This document shows, one piece after another, positions 24,326 through 37,700 of a stretch of 63,738 nucleotides of DNA (position 1 is the stretch's first letter; each line of letters begins with the position of its first letter). Source of the stretch: Eledone cirrhosa (Eukaryota); assembly GCA_964016885.1 (NCBI GenBank), contig CAXHJY010001138.1, forward strand, positions 1 to 63,738, in the 5' to 3' direction. A program made the position numbers and the translations under genes. The notes beneath the pieces are model-generated. The model saw only the letters and a list, made by a program, of their open reading frames with translations, made no database searches and was not told the origin of the DNA.

Positions 24326-27300
24326 GGCCTGTAGTAGTGTGTGGGCTGTAGTAGTGTGTGGGGCTGTAGTAGTGTGTGGGCTGTAGTAGTGTGTGGGCTG
24401 TAGTTGTGTGTGGGCTGTAGTAGTGTGTGGGCTGTAGTAGTGTGTGGGATGTAGTAGTGTGTGGGCTGTAGTAGTGTCTGGGCTGTAGTAGTGTGGGACC
24501 GTAGTAGTGTGTGGGCTGTAGAAGTGTGTGGGCTGTAGTAGTGTGTGGGGCTGTAGTAGTGTGGGGGCTGTAGTAGTGTGTGGGCTGTAGTAGTGTGGGG
24601 CTGTAGTAGTGTGGGGCTGTAGTAGTGTGTGGGCTGTAGTAGTGTGTGGGGCTGAAGTAGTGTGTGGGCTGTAGTAGTGTGTGGGCTGTAGTACTGTGTG
24701 GGCTGTAATAGTGTGTGGGGCTGTAGTAGTGTGTGGGCTGTAGTAGTGTGTGGGCTGTAGTAGTGTGGGGCTGTAGTAGTGTGGGGCTGTAGTAGTGTGT
24801 GGGCTGTAGTAGTGTGTGGGGCTGAAGTAGTGTGTGGGCTGTAGTAGTGTGTGGGCTGTAGTAGTGTGTGGGCTGTAGTAGTGTGTGGGCTGTAGTAGTG
24901 TGTGTGGCTGTAGTAGTGTGTGGGCTGTAGTAGTGTGGGGGCTGTAGTAGTGTGTGGGCTGTAGTAGTGTGGGGGCTGTAGTAGTGTGTGGGCTGTAGTA
25001 GTGTGGGGGCTGTAGTAGTGTGTGGGCTTAGTAGTGTCTGGGCTGTAGTAGTGTGTGGGGCTGAAGTAGTGTGTGGGCTGTAGTAGTGTGGGGGCTGTAG
25101 TAGTGTGTGGGGCTGTAGTAGTGTGTGGGCTGTAGTAGTGTGGGGGCTGTAGTAGTGTGTGGGCTGTAGTAGTGTGTGGGCTATAGTAGTGTGTGGGCTG
25201 TGGTAGTGTGGCGGCTGTAATAGTGTGTGGGGCTGTAGTAGTGTGTGGGCTGTAATAGTGTGTGGGACTGTAGTAGTGTGTAGGGCTGTAGTAGTGTGTG
25301 GGGCTGTAGTAGTGTGTGGGGCTGTAGTAGTGTGTGGGCTGTAGTAGTGTGTGGGGCTGTAGTAGTGTGTGGGGCTGTAGTAGTGTGTGGGCTGTAGTAG
25401 TGTGTGGGGCTGTAGTAGTGTGTGGGCTGTAGTAGTGTGTGGGGCTGTAGAAGTGTATGGGCTGTAGTAGTGTCTGGGCTGTAGTTGTGTGTGGGGCTGT
25501 AGTAGTGTGTGGGGCTGTAGTAGTGTGTGGGCTGTAGTAGTGTCTGGGCTGTAGTAGTGTGTGGGCTGTAGTAGTGTGTGGGCTGTAGAAGTGTATGGGC
25601 TGTAGTAGTGTGTGGGCTGTAGTAGTGTGTGGGATGTAGAAGTGTGTAGGGCTGTAGTAGTGTGTGGGCTGTAGTAGTGTGTGGGCTGTAGAAGTGTATG
25701 GGCTGTAGTAGTGTCTGGGCTGTAGTAGTGTGTGGGGCTGTAGTAGTGTGTGGGCTGTAGTAGTGTGTGGGCTGTAGAAGTGTATGGGCTGTAGTAGTGT
25801 CTGGGCTGTAGTTGTGTGTGGGGCTGTAGTAGTGTGTGGGCTGTAGTAGTGTCTGGGCTGTAGTAGTGTGTGGGCTGTAGTAGTGTGTGGGCTGTAGTAG
25901 TGTGTGGACTGTAGTAGTGTGTGGGCTGTAGTAGTGTGTGGACTGTAGTAGTGTGTGGGCTGTAGTAGTGTGTGGGGCTGTAGTAGTGTGTGGGCTGTAG
26001 TAGTGTGTAGGGCTGTAGAAGTGTATGGGCTGTAGTAGTGTCTGGGCTGTAGTTGTGTGTGGGGCTGTAGTAGTGTGTGGGCTGTAGTAGTGTGTGGGCT
26101 GTAGTAGTGTGTGGGCTGTAGCAGTGTGTGGGCTGTAGTAGTGTGTGGGCTGTAGTAGTGTGTGTGGCTGTAGTAGTGTGTGGGCTGTAGTAGTGTGTGG
26201 GCTGTAGTAGTGTGTGGGGCTGTAGTAGTGCGTGGGCTGTAGAAGTGTATGGGCTGTAGTAGTGTGTGGGCTGTAGTAGTGTGTGGACTGTAGAAGTGTG
26301 TGGGCTGTAGCAGTGTGTGGGCTGTAGTAGTGTGTAGGGCTGTAGTAGTGTGTGGGCTGTAGTAGTGTGGGCTGTAGTAGTGTGTGGGGCTGTAGTAGTG
26401 TGTGGGGCTGTAGTAGTGTGTGGGCTGTAGTAGTGTGGGACCGTAGTAGTGTGTGGGCTGTAGTAGTGTGTGTGGCTGTAGTAGTGTGGGGCTGTAGTAG
26501 TGTGTGGGCTGTAGTGGTGTGTGGGCTGTAGTAGTGTGTGGGCTGTAGCAGTGTGTGGGCTGTAGTAGTGTGTGGGCTGTAGAAGTGTGTGTGGCTGTAG
26601 TAGTGTGTAGGGCTGTAGTTGTGTGTGGGGCTGTAGAAGTGTGTGTGGCTGTAGTAGTGTGTGGGCTGTAGCAGTTTGTGGGCTGTAGTAGTGTGTGTGG
26701 CTGTAGTAGTGTGTGGGCTGTAGTAGTGTGGGGGCTGTAGTAGTGTGTGGGCTGTAGAAGTGTGTGGGCTGTAGTAGTGTGTTGGCTGTATTAGTGTGGG
26801 ACCGTAGTAGTGTGTGGTCTGTAGTAGTGTGTGGGCTGTAGTAGTGTGTGGGCTGTAGTAGTGTGTGGGCTGTAGTAGTGTGTGGGATGTAGTAGTGTGT
26901 GGGCTGTAGTAATGTGTGGGCTGTAGTAGTGTGGGACCGTAGTAGTGTGTGGGCTGTAGTAGTGTGTGTGGGCTGTAGTAGTGTGGGGGCTGAAGTAGTG
27001 TGTGGGGCTGTAGTAGTGTGTGGGCTGTAGTAGTGTGGGGCTGTAGTAGTGTGTGGGCTGTAGTAGTGTGGGACCGTAGTAGTGTGGGGGCTGTAGTAGT
27101 GTGTGGGCTGTTGTAGTGTGTGGGCTGCAGTAGTGTGGGACCGTAGTAGTGTGTGGGCTGTAGTAGTGTGTGGGCTGTAGTAGTGTGGGACCGTAGTAGT
27201 GTGTCGGCTGTAGTAGTGTGTGGGCTGTAGTAGTGTGTGGGCTGTTGTAGTGTGTGGGATGTAGTAGTGTGTGGGCTGTAGTAGTGTGGGACCGTAGTAG

Positions 27301-30300
27301 TGTGGGGGCTGTAGTAGTGTGGGGGCTGTAGAAGTGTGTGGGCTGTAGTAGTGTGTGGGATGTAGTAGTGTGTGGGCTGTAGTAGTGTGTGGGCTGTAGT
27401 AGTGTGGGACCGTAGTAGTGTGTGGGCTGTAGTAGTGTGTGGGCTGTAGTAGTGTGTGTGGCTGTAGTAGTGTGTGGGCTGTAGTAGTGTGTGGGCTGTA
27501 GTAGTGTGTGTGGCTGTAGTAGTGTGTGGGCTGTAGTAGTGTGTGGGCTGTAGTAGTGTGTGGGCTGTGGAAGTGTGTGGACTGTAGAAGTGTGTGGGCT
27601 GTAGCAGTGTGTGGGCTGTAGTAGTGTGTGGGCTGTAGTACTGTGCGGGGCTGTAGTAGTGTGTGGGCTGTAGTAGTGTGTGGGGCTGTAGTAGTGTGTG
27701 GGCTGTAGTAGTGTGTGGGGCTGTAGTAGTGTGTGGGCTGTAGTAGTGTGTGGGGCTGTAGTAGTGTGTGGCCTGTAGTAGTGTCTGGGCTGTAGAAGTG
27801 TGTGGGCTGTAGTAGTGTCTGGGCTGTAGAAGTGTGTGGGGCTGTAGTAGTGTGTGGGCTGTAGTAGTGTGTGGGCTGTAGTAGTGTGTGGGGCTGTAGT
27901 AGTGTGTGTGGGCTGTAGTAGTGTGGGGGCTGTAGTAGTGTGTGGGCTGTAGTAGTGTGGGACTGTAGTAGTGTGTGGGCTGTAGTAGTGTGGGACTGTA
28001 GTAGTGTGTGGGCTGTAGTAGTGTGTGGGCTGTAGTAGTGTGTGGGCTGTAGTAGTGTGTGGGCTGTAGTAGTGCGTGGGATGTGAAAGTGTGTGGGCTG
28101 TAGTAGTGTGTGGGATGTAGTAGTGTGTGGGCTGTAGTAGTGTGTGGGCTGTAATAGTGTGTGGGCTGTAGTAGTGTGTGGGCTGTAGAAGTGTGTGGGC
28201 TGTAGTAGTGTGTGGGCTGTAGTAGTGTGTGGGCTGTAGAAGTGTGTGGGCTGTAGTAGTGTCTGGGCTGTAGTAGTGTGTGGGGCTGTAGTAGTGTGTG
28301 GGCTGTAGTAGTGTGTGGGCTGTAGAAGTGTGTGGGCTGTAATAGTGTGTGGGCTGTAGTAGTGTGTGGGCTGTTGTAGTGTGTGGGCTGTAGTAGTGTC
28401 TGGGCTGTAGTAGTATGTGGGCTGTAGTAGTGTGTGGGCTGTAGAAGTGTGTGGGCTGTAGTAGTGTCTGGGCTGTAGTAGTGTGTGGGGCTGTAGTAGT
28501 GTGTGGGCTGTAGTAGTGTCTGGGCTGTAGTAGTGTGTGGGGCTGTAGTAGTGTGTGTGGGCTGTAGTAGTGTGGGGTCTGTAGTAGTGTCTGGGCTGTA
28601 GTAGTGTGTGGGCTGTAGTAGTGTGTGGGCTGTAGTAGTGTGGGGGCTGTAGTAGTGTGTGGGCTGTAGTAGTGTGTGGGCTGTAGTAGTGTCTGGGCTG
28701 TAGTAGTGTGTGGGGCTGTAGTAGTGTGGGGGCTGTAGTAGTGTGTGGGCTGTAGTAGTGTGGTGGCTGTAGTAGTGTGTGGGCTGTAGTAGTGTGTGGG
28801 TTGTAGTAGTGTGTGTGGCTGTAGTAGTGTCTGGGCTGTAGTAGTGTGGGACCGTAGTAGTGTGTGGGCTGTAGTAGTGTGTGGGCTGTAGTAGTGTGTG
28901 GGCTGTAGTAGTGTGTGGGCTGTAGAAGTGTGTGGGCTGTAGTAGTGTGTGGTCTGTAGTAGTGTGTGGGCTGTAGTAGTGTGGGACCGTATTAGTGTGT
29001 GGGCTGTAGTAGTGTGTGGGCTGTAGTAGTGTGTGGGCTGTAGTAGTGTGTGGGCTTTAGTAGTGTGTGGGCTGTAGTAGTGTGTGGGTTGTAGTAGTGT
29101 GTGTGGCTGTAGTAGTGTGTGGGCTGTAGTTGTGTGTGAGGCTGTAGTAGTGTGTGGGGCTGTAGTAGTGTGTGGGCTGTAGTAGTGTGTGGGCTGTAGT
29201 AGTGTGTGGGGCTGTAGTAGTGTGTGGGCTGTAGTAGTGTGTGGGCTGTAGTAGTGTGTGGGCTGTAGTAGTGTGTGTGGCTGTAGTAGTGTGTGGGCTG
29301 TAGTAGTGTGTGAGGCTGTAGTAGTGTGTGGGGCTGTAATAGTGTGTGGGCTGTAGTAGTGTGTGGGGTGCAGTAGTGTGTGGGGCTGTAGTAGTGTGTG
29401 GGCTGTAGTAGTGTGTGGGGCTGTAGTAGTGTGGGGGCTGTAGTAGTGTGTGGGCTGTAGTAGTGTGGGACCGTAGTAGTGTGTGGGCTGTAGTAGTGTG
29501 TGGGCTGTAGTAGTGTGTGTGGGCTGTAGTAGTGTGGGGGCTGTAGTAGTGTGTGGGCTGTAGTAGTGTCTGGGCTGTAGTAGTGTGTGGGGCTGTAGTA
29601 GTGTGTGTGGGCTGTAGTAGTGTGGGGGCTGTAGTAGTGTGTGGGCTGTAGTAGTGTGTGGGCTGTAGTAGCGTGGGACTGTAGTAGTGTGTGGGCTGTA
29701 GTAGTGTGTGGGCTGTAGTAGTGTGTGGGCTGTAGTAGTGTGTGGGCTGTAGTAGTGCGTGGGCTGTGAAAGTGTGTGGGCTGTAGTAGTGTGTGGGATG
29801 TAGTAGTGTGTGGGCTGTAGTAGTGTGTGGGCTGTAGTAGTGTGGGACCGTAGTAGTGTGTGGGCTGTAGAAGTGTGTGGGCTGTAGTAGTGTGTGGGCT
29901 GTAGTAGTGTGTGGGCTGTAGTAGTGTGTGGGCTGTAGTAGTGTGTGTGGCTGTAGTAGTGCGTGGGCTGTAGTAGTTTGGGACCGTAGTAGTGTGTGGG
30001 CTGTAGTAGTGTGTGGGCTGTAGTAGTGTGTGGGCTGTAGTAGTGTGTGGGCTGTAGAAGTGTGTGGGCTGTAATAGTGTGTGGGCTGTAGTAGTGTGTG
30101 GGTTGTAGTAGTGTGTGTGGCTGTAGTAGTGTGTGGGCTGTAGTAGTGTGTGGGCTGTAGTAGTGTGTGGGCTGTAGAAGTGTGTGGGCTGTAATAGTGT
30201 GTGGGCTGTAGTAGTGTGTGGGTTGTAGTAGTGTGTGGGGCTGTAGTAGTGTGTGGGCTGTAGTAGTGTGGGCTGTAGTAGTGTGTGGGCTGTAGTAGTG

Positions 30301-32851
30301 TGTGGGCTGTTTTAGTGTGTGGGCTGTAGTAGTGTCTGGGCTGTAGTAGTGTGTGGGCTGTAGTAGTGTGTGGGCTGTAGAAGTGTGTGGGCTGTAGTAG
30401 TGTCTGGGCTGTAGTAGTGTGTGGTGCTGTAGTAGTGTGTGGGCTGTAGTAGTGTGTGGGCTGTGGAAGTGTGTGGGCAGTAATAGTGTGTGGGCTGTAG
30501 TAGTGTGTGGGCTGTTGTAGTGTATGGGCTGTAGTAGTGTCTGGGCTGTAGTAGTGTGTGGGCTGTAGAAGTGTGTGGGCTGTAGTAGTGTCTGGGCTGT
30601 AGTAGTGTGTGGGGCTGTAGTAGTGTGTGGGCTGTAGTAGTGTCTGGGCTGTAGTAGTGTGTGGGGCTGTAGTAGTGTGTGTGGGCTGTAGTAGTGTGGG
30701 GGCTGTAGTAGTGTATGGGCTGTAGTAGTGTGTGGGCTGTAGTAGTGTGTGGGCTGTAGTTGTGTGTGGGCTGTAGTAGTGTCTGGGCTGTAGAAGTGTG
30801 TGGGCTGTAGTAGTGTCTGGGTTGTAGTAGTGTGTGGGGCTGTAATAGTGTGTGGGCTGTAGTAGTGTCTAGGCTGTAGTAGTGTGTGGGGCTGTAGTAG
30901 TGTGTGGGCTGTAGTAGTGTGGGGGCTGTAGTAGTGTGTGGGCTGTAGTAGTGTGTGGGCTGTAGTAGTGTCTAGGCTGTAGTAGTGTGTGGGGCTGTAG
31001 TAGTGTGTGGGCTGTAGTAGTGTGGGGGCTGTAGTAGTGTGTGGGCTGTAGTAGTGTGTGGGGCTGTAGTAGTGTGTGGGGCTGTAGTAGTGTGTGGGGC
31101 TGTAGTAGTGTGTGGGGCTGTAGTAGTGTGTGGGGCTGTAGTAGTGTTTGGGCTGTAGTACTGTGTGGGGCTGTAATAGTGTGTGGGCTGTAGTAGTGTG
31201 TGGGCTGTAGTAGTGTGGGACCGTAGTAGTGTGTGGGCTGTAGTAGTGTGTGGGCTGTAGTAGTGTGTTAGTTGTAGTAGTGTGTGTGGCTGTAGTAGTG
31301 TGTGGGCTGTAGTAGTGTGTGAGGCTGTAGTAGTGTGTGGGCTGTAGTAGTGTGTGGGCTGTAGTAGTGTGTGGGGCTGTAGTAGTGTGTGGGCTGTAGT
31401 AGTGTGTGGGGCTGTAGTAGTGTGTTAGTTGTAGTAGTGTGTGTGGCTGTAGTAGTGTGTGAGGCTGTAGTAGTGTGTGGGCTGTAGTAGTGTGTGGGCT
31501 GTAGTAGTGTGTGGGGCTGTAGTAGTGTGTGGGCTGTAGTAGTGTGTGGGGCTGTAGTAGTGTGTTAGTTGTAGTAGTGTGTGGGCTGTAGTAGTGTGTG
31601 AGGCTGTAGTAGTGTGTGGGCTGTAGTAGTGTGTTAGTTGTAGTAGTGTGTGTGGCTGTAGTAGTGTGTGGGCTGTAGTAGTGTGTGGGCTGTAGTAGTG
31701 TGTGGGCTGTAGTAGTGTGTGGGGCTGTAGTAGTGTGTGGGGCTGTAGTAGTGTGTGGGCTGTAGTAGTGTGGGGGCTGTAGTAGTGTGTGGGCTGTAGT
31801 AGTGTGTGGGGCTGTAGTAGTGTGTGGGCTGTAGTAGTGTGGGACCGTAGTAGTGTGGGACCGTAGTAGTGTGTGGGCTGTAGTAGTGTGTGGGCTGTAG
31901 TAGTGTGTGGGCTGTAGTAGTGTGTGGGCTGTAGTAGTGTGTGTGGCTGTAGTAGTGTGTGGGCTGTAGTAGTGTGTGAGGCTGTAGTAGTGTGTGGGGC
32001 TGTAGTAGTGTGTGGGCTGTAGTAGTGTCTGGGCTGTAGTAGTGTGTGGGGCTCTGTAGTAGTGTGTGGGCTGTAGTAGTGTGTGGGGCTGTAGTAGTGT
32101 GTGGGCTGTAGTAGTGTGGGACCGTAGTAGTGTGTGGGCTGTAGTAGTGTGTGGGATGTAGTAGTGTGTGGGCTGTAGAAGTGTGTGGGCTGTAATAGTG
32201 TGTGGGCTGTAGTAGTGTGTGGGCTGTAGTATTGTGTGGGCTGTAGTAGTGTGTGGGCTGTAGTAGTGTGTGCGCTGTAGTAGTGTGTGGGCTGTAGTAG
32301 TGTGGGACCGTAGTAGTGTGTGGGCTGTAGTAGTGTCTGGGCTGTAGTAGTGTGTGGGCTGTAGTAGTGTGTGGGCTGCAGTAGTGTGTGGGCTGTAGTA
32401 GTGTGTGGACTGTAGTAGTGTGTGGGCTGTAGTAGTGTGGGACCGTAGTAGTGTGTGGGCTGTAATAGTGTGTGGGCTGTAGTAGTGTCTGGGCTGTAGT
32501 AGTGTGTGGGCTGTAGTAGTGTGTGGGCTGTAGTAGTGTGTGGGCTGTAGTAGTGTGTGGGCTGTAGTAGTGTGTTGGTTGTAGTAGTGTGTGTGGCTGT
32601 AGTAGTGTGTGGGCTGTAGTAGTGTGTGAGGCTGTAGTAGTGTGTGGGGCTGTAGTAGTGTGTGGGCTGTAGTAGTGTGTGGGCTGTAGTAGTGTGTGGG
32701 GCTCTGTAGTAGTGTGTGGGCTGTAGTAGTGTGTGGGGCTGTAGTAGTGTGTGGGGCTGTAGTAGTGTGTGGGCTGTAGTAGTGTGGGACCGTAGTAGTG
32801 TGTGGGCTGTAGTAGTGTGTGGGCTGTAGTAGTGTGTGGGCTGTAGTAGTA
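24326..32851. repeat. 8.5-kb satellite, unit about 17 bp GCTGTAGTAGTGTGTGG
   Basis: Tandem array with 15-19 bp length variants (GGGACCGT, GTCTGGG, AGAAGT). Confidence 0.97.
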
Positions 32852-32946
32852 ATAGGAAGAAATGAGATGTTATGTGAAATGTGAGGTAAAGCCTTTACCG
32901 TGAAAAGACAATAGTAAATATAGAGTAATGTAAATAGTAAGGGGTT

Positions 32947-33488
32947 GTCAGGTACAACAGGACTATATAGTACCTTGACTGGTACAACAGGGCTATATAG
33001 TACCTTGACTGGTACAACAGGACTATATAGTACCTTGACTGGTACAACAGGACTATATAGTACCTTGACTGGTACAACAGGGCTATATAGTACCTTGACT
33101 GGTACAACAGGGCTATATAGTACCTTGACAGGCACAACAGGACTACGAGTATATAGTACCTTGACAGGTACAACAGGACTGTATAGTACCTTGACAGGTA
33201 CAACAGGACTATATAGTACCTTGATAGGTACAACAGGACTATATAGTACCCTGACAGGTACAATAGGACTATATTGTACCCTGGCAGGTAAATGAGGGCT
33301 ATATAGTACCCTGACAGGTACAACAGGACTATATAGTACTTTGACAGGTAAATCAGGGCTATATAGTACCCTGACAGGTAAATCAGGGCTATATAGTACC
33401 TTGACAGGTACAACAGGACTTTATTGTACCTTGGCAGGTACCTCAGCGCTGTATAGTACCTTGACAGGTACAACAGGGCTGTATAGTG
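32947..33488. repeat. 30-bp minisatellite GGTACAACAGGACTATATAGTACCTTGACW
   Basis: About 18 tandem units. Confidence 0.93.
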
Positions 33489-33489
33489 C

Positions 33490-33915
33490 CTACATTGGAT
33501 GATAAGTATTTTGATCTTCCGCATCAAAAGAGTTGATGAGAGCATCAAGCACCTCCTGTTCTTGAAAAAAGGTCACATTCCACATCTTTAGAGTTCAAAC
33601 TTACCAGAAGATAGACACAAATAAACCTGATGTAATATTGAAGGACTTTAAATGTTTGCTGACTGACATGACCGTTCCTGTAGGCAAGACTATATCTGTA
33701 AAAATATTTTTTAAAACGTGAGCAAATATAAAGAACTGGAAACAAAGATTGGAATAATGTGGAAGTTGAGAGTTAAAACAATATCAGTTGTTGTATGTGC
33801 TCTAGGAATGATACCTAAGGGGTCTAATGATTACTTATCCCATATCCCAAGAAACCCGTGTATAGAAGAAATACAAAATATAGAACTAATGGCAACATAT
33901 AACTTGCACATTCAT
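33490..33915 (+). mobile_element. Decayed C-terminal fragment of a restriction-like-endonuclease LINE (R4/Dong/NeSL-like)
   Basis: Hand translation across frameshifts: LHWMI..EHQAPPVLE..KIDTNKPDVILKD..CLLTDMTVP..SKYKELE..MWKL..ISVVVCALGMIPKG..IEEIQ, matching the PD..D..KY RLE pattern. Confidence 0.75.
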
Positions 33916-34077
33916 GATGAGTCTTGCTTGTTTATTGCGTGGCAATCCCCCCCCCCCCCATACACACAGACATATATGTGCATGAAATTGCCTGCAAGAA
34001 GGTGGCTGAAGAGGTCTAGAGATGCAGTTAGTTGTTTGTCTTATGTAACTGATTTTCTGTGTGTATCTTTTGCTGAT

Positions 34078-34316
34078 AATGTGTGTGTGTATGTATGTGC
34101 ATGTGTGTCTGTATGTGTGTATGTATGTGAGTGTGTATGTGTGTATGTATGTGAGTGTGTGTATGTGTTTATGTATGTGAGTGTGTGTGTATGTATGTCT
34201 GTGTGTATGTATGTGAGTGTGTGTGTATGTATGTGTGTCTGTGTGTGTATGTGAGTGTGTGAGTGTGCATGTGTGTATGTGTTTATGTATGTGAGTGGTT
34301 GTGTGAGTAAGTGTGT
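34078..34316. repeat. (TG)/(TATG) degenerate microsatellite
   Basis: Direct inspection. Confidence 0.9.
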
Positions 34317-34477
34317 CATCTTCTGGTCGAGACTTTAGGTCAATAATTCTCTTAATCTGCTTGAAGTTGGGTTAATAAGGATTGGTTGCTTAATTATAGC
34401 TGTTAATGGAATGGTAGGTAGGTAGAGAGGGGGGTAGGTAGGTAGAGGTGGAGCTAGTGATAGATTGACATAGGTAG

Positions 34478-34678
34478 ACACACACACTTGGACACACACA
34501 AACACTTGCGGACACTCACACACTTGGACACACACACACTTAGACATACACACTTGGACACACTAACACACTTGGGGACACTCACACTTGGACACGCACA
34601 CACTTGGACATACACACTTGGACACTCACACACTTGGACACACACACTTGGATACACTTACACAGTTGGACACACAGA
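34478..34678. repeat. (CA)n-CTTGGA compound minisatellite
   Basis: Repeated CACACTTGGACA. Confidence 0.85.
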
Positions 34679-34775
34679 GATAAGGAGATAGATAGATAGG
34701 GACAAGGACAAAGATAGACAATAAGAGGGATAGATAGATATATAGACAGACAGATAGGTAGATAGATAGATAGAT

Positions 34776-37700
34776 ATATTTCTTTATTTGCCACAAGGGC
34801 GCACAAGAAAAGGGACAATACAAGGACACATGCCAGGGATTTTACATACAATCGTGTAAAAAAAATTTTTTAAACAAATTCAACAATCGAGTTCCACAGG
34901 TCGGTTACGCCCGGGCAGTGTACAATTGCGTGCAAGACAGTTTCAATGTCCTGCTCGCATCTTGGACACGTCCTCTTGAAAGGATCCCTGCCGGGGCATC
35001 CGTACCTGTAGATCTTGTCTCTAATTGGTAGAGCTCCTCGGTAGCACTGCCAGGACAGAGACCTTTGGAAGTTGTCCATGGGTCCCAGGCGGAAAGTCCT
35101 ACCAAACAGACTGGTGAGTTCATCGTCTTCGACGCCGAGAGTCTCTCCGAGCACGTCATCGCCCTTGTGACGTACTAACCCTCTATAGAATGTCGAAGTG
35201 GAGTCTCCACTGATTGCTGTGCCCGCTTGATAGAGGACTGAGCGCCTGAGCACATTGAATGTGCCAGGTGCCCATTTTCTTCAGTCTCCGCTTGAACCAG
35301 GACTGCAGCTCTGTCAGTGAGACGAGTTGTGGGAAGGCCTGTCTCACAAACGGTGCCCACACCGGTTGTTCTGTGAGGAATACCTGTTGATGATGTAGCC
35401 TCAGCGCGTGTTTGCGCATCATTAGCCACAGCATTCCCAGCCCTCCGTTGGAAGGGTGCTGACAGCAGACGGATCTCCTCACCAGTGGAGCCTGCTTCTT
35501 CCAAAGGAACTGGAAGAGCATGCGTTCCATCTTGGTGAGGTATTCACGGGGACAAGGCATGACGGTCAAGCGGTAGTAGATGACGGATGTTATGAAAGTG
35601 TTCGCCACTTCCGCTTGACCTTTCAAGGATAGTTTGCACTCTGCCCACTTCTGGGTGAGCACAAATACCTTGGCCATGACCTCGTTCCAGTTTTCCGACC
35701 GAGCCAGACCCCAAGCAATTTCACTGGTCCTTCCATCCAGTGTCCAACGACGCTGCCGGACGGCATCGGTTTGCCTCTCCATGTTCCGAGTTGCAAACCG
35801 ACAGACTTGTCCGGGTTCAGTTTTGCTCCTGTGAACCTTTCGTATTCCTGCATTAAGTTGCCGATTGCCCCGATTTCCGAGGTTTCCAACACCATTACTG
35901 TCACATCATCGGCATAAGCCGACGCTGCTTTCCGCAGTCCCGGTTCCAACGGGATGCCCTGCAGAAGCTCCAACTTCCGCAGTTGTGGCTCTAAAGTCAG
36001 TACGTACAGTTGGATGGAACGCGTGATTGCAAACGGGTCCGATAGGTAGCCGTTCACCTTGATCATCAACCAGATGTTGGTGTGCATTGCTTTGATCCAG
36101 CCTCTGAAGACGGGTCCGAAACCGGCCGCCTTGAGAACCGCTTCCAAGTATCGATGGTCGACCCTATCGAATGCCTTAGACTGATCTAAATTGATCAGAA
36201 CCCCACCGAAGCCGGGTTTACACCCCACCATCTCTATGATGTATCGATTGAGGTGGAGACTGTCGTGTATGGACCTGGTCGGGATTGCACACATTTGCGC
36301 TTTCCCTACCAGGTTCTCGACTACAAGCGCCAGCCTCGTTGCCAACACTTTGGCCAAAATCTTTAACTCTGTGTTGAGCAGAGTTATGGGCCTGAAGTTG
36401 CTTAGTTCCTCCCCCTTGTTCTCGTCTATCCTGATCAGCGTTACTACGCCCCTGCCTTCAGAATTGGTAATTCTCCCGTTCTGCTCCCAGTTGCAGTAGA
36501 CGGCCTCGGGGACGCCAGAGAACAAGTCCGGCATGCCTATGTTAAACTCATATGGTAGACCATCTATACCGGGTGATTTGCATTTCCCGCAGCGGCCCAA
36601 AGCGTCCCGTATCTCAGTGGCTGTGATCGGTCTTTCGCAGAACTTGGCGTCCATGCTCGAGAGATGCGGTAGGTCATCGAGGTATGAACCGAAGTCCATT
36701 TCCCCGTTCGCCGCACTGTCGCTCTGTTCGAACAGTTGCACAAAGTGCCGCTGAAAGGCCGTGCACATCCGCTTGGAGTCAAGTAGCATGTGTCCGTTTT
36801 GGTCTTTCAAAGACCGAATCGTAGACTTGTTGCCACTTTTCGCCTCTGCCGCTCGGGCCCAGCTTACAGCTTTTGCTCCCTCATTTCCTAGAGCACGTGA
36901 TTTACTTCTGATCACGCCGCCTTCATGTTTCGCATCGAAGAACTGATCTAGTGCCGTTCTCGTTGCTAGCACTCTAGCTGCGTTGCCATTCCTAAGCACC
37001 TCCTCTACCTTGGCTATTAGTTATGTTCCTGTTTTGTTTTTCTCTAAAGCTAGTTCTTTGCTAAAGTCTATCGACTCTACTCTAGTTGCTCTCTTGAGAG
37101 AGTTCCACCATCTGTTGTTGACGATGGCTCCCGTCAATTGTTGCTTAACTAATCTACTTATCCGTTGACTGTAGGCTTTACGTGTCGGTAGCGACACGTT
37201 CAGCTTCTAGTATCCGGGTCCTTGTCTATGTATTCTATCACGGTTGACTATGCAGATGACTAGTTTGTGGTCTGTATAGGGAACCATGTGCACTTGTGGA
37301 CAGCTTAACATCTTCTTGTCTCTCTCTCTCTCTCTCTCTAATAAAGAACCTGCCTAAATACGATCTAGATGTCCCGCTGCGGTTTGTCCACGACCACTGT
37401 GGTGCAGTAAGGAAATCTAGTCGATACCTATCGGCCAGTTGGAATTAGCCGATTAAATTTTTGAGGCTGTTGCACCCCCCTCTACTGGGACATGATCCTA
37501 CATAGTCCCATTGTGCGTCTAGGATACCATTCCAGTCCCCCACTAAAAGCAAGGAGCGAGACGTTCCCAGAAAAGACTCTAGACGTTTAAAGAAGTCTGG
37601 CCGCGATTGCCCAGTCGGGGCATAAACGGCCACCAGTCTGAAGGCTCCACCTTCAATACTGTTCACGTCTAGGACTACCAGTCTACCCTCCGGGTCCAAG

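Noticed and set aside
26791-33135. 2114-aa His/Thr-rich mucin-like ORF
   Set aside because: The 17-bp unit cycles through all frames; the C/A-rich strand simply lacks stop codons.
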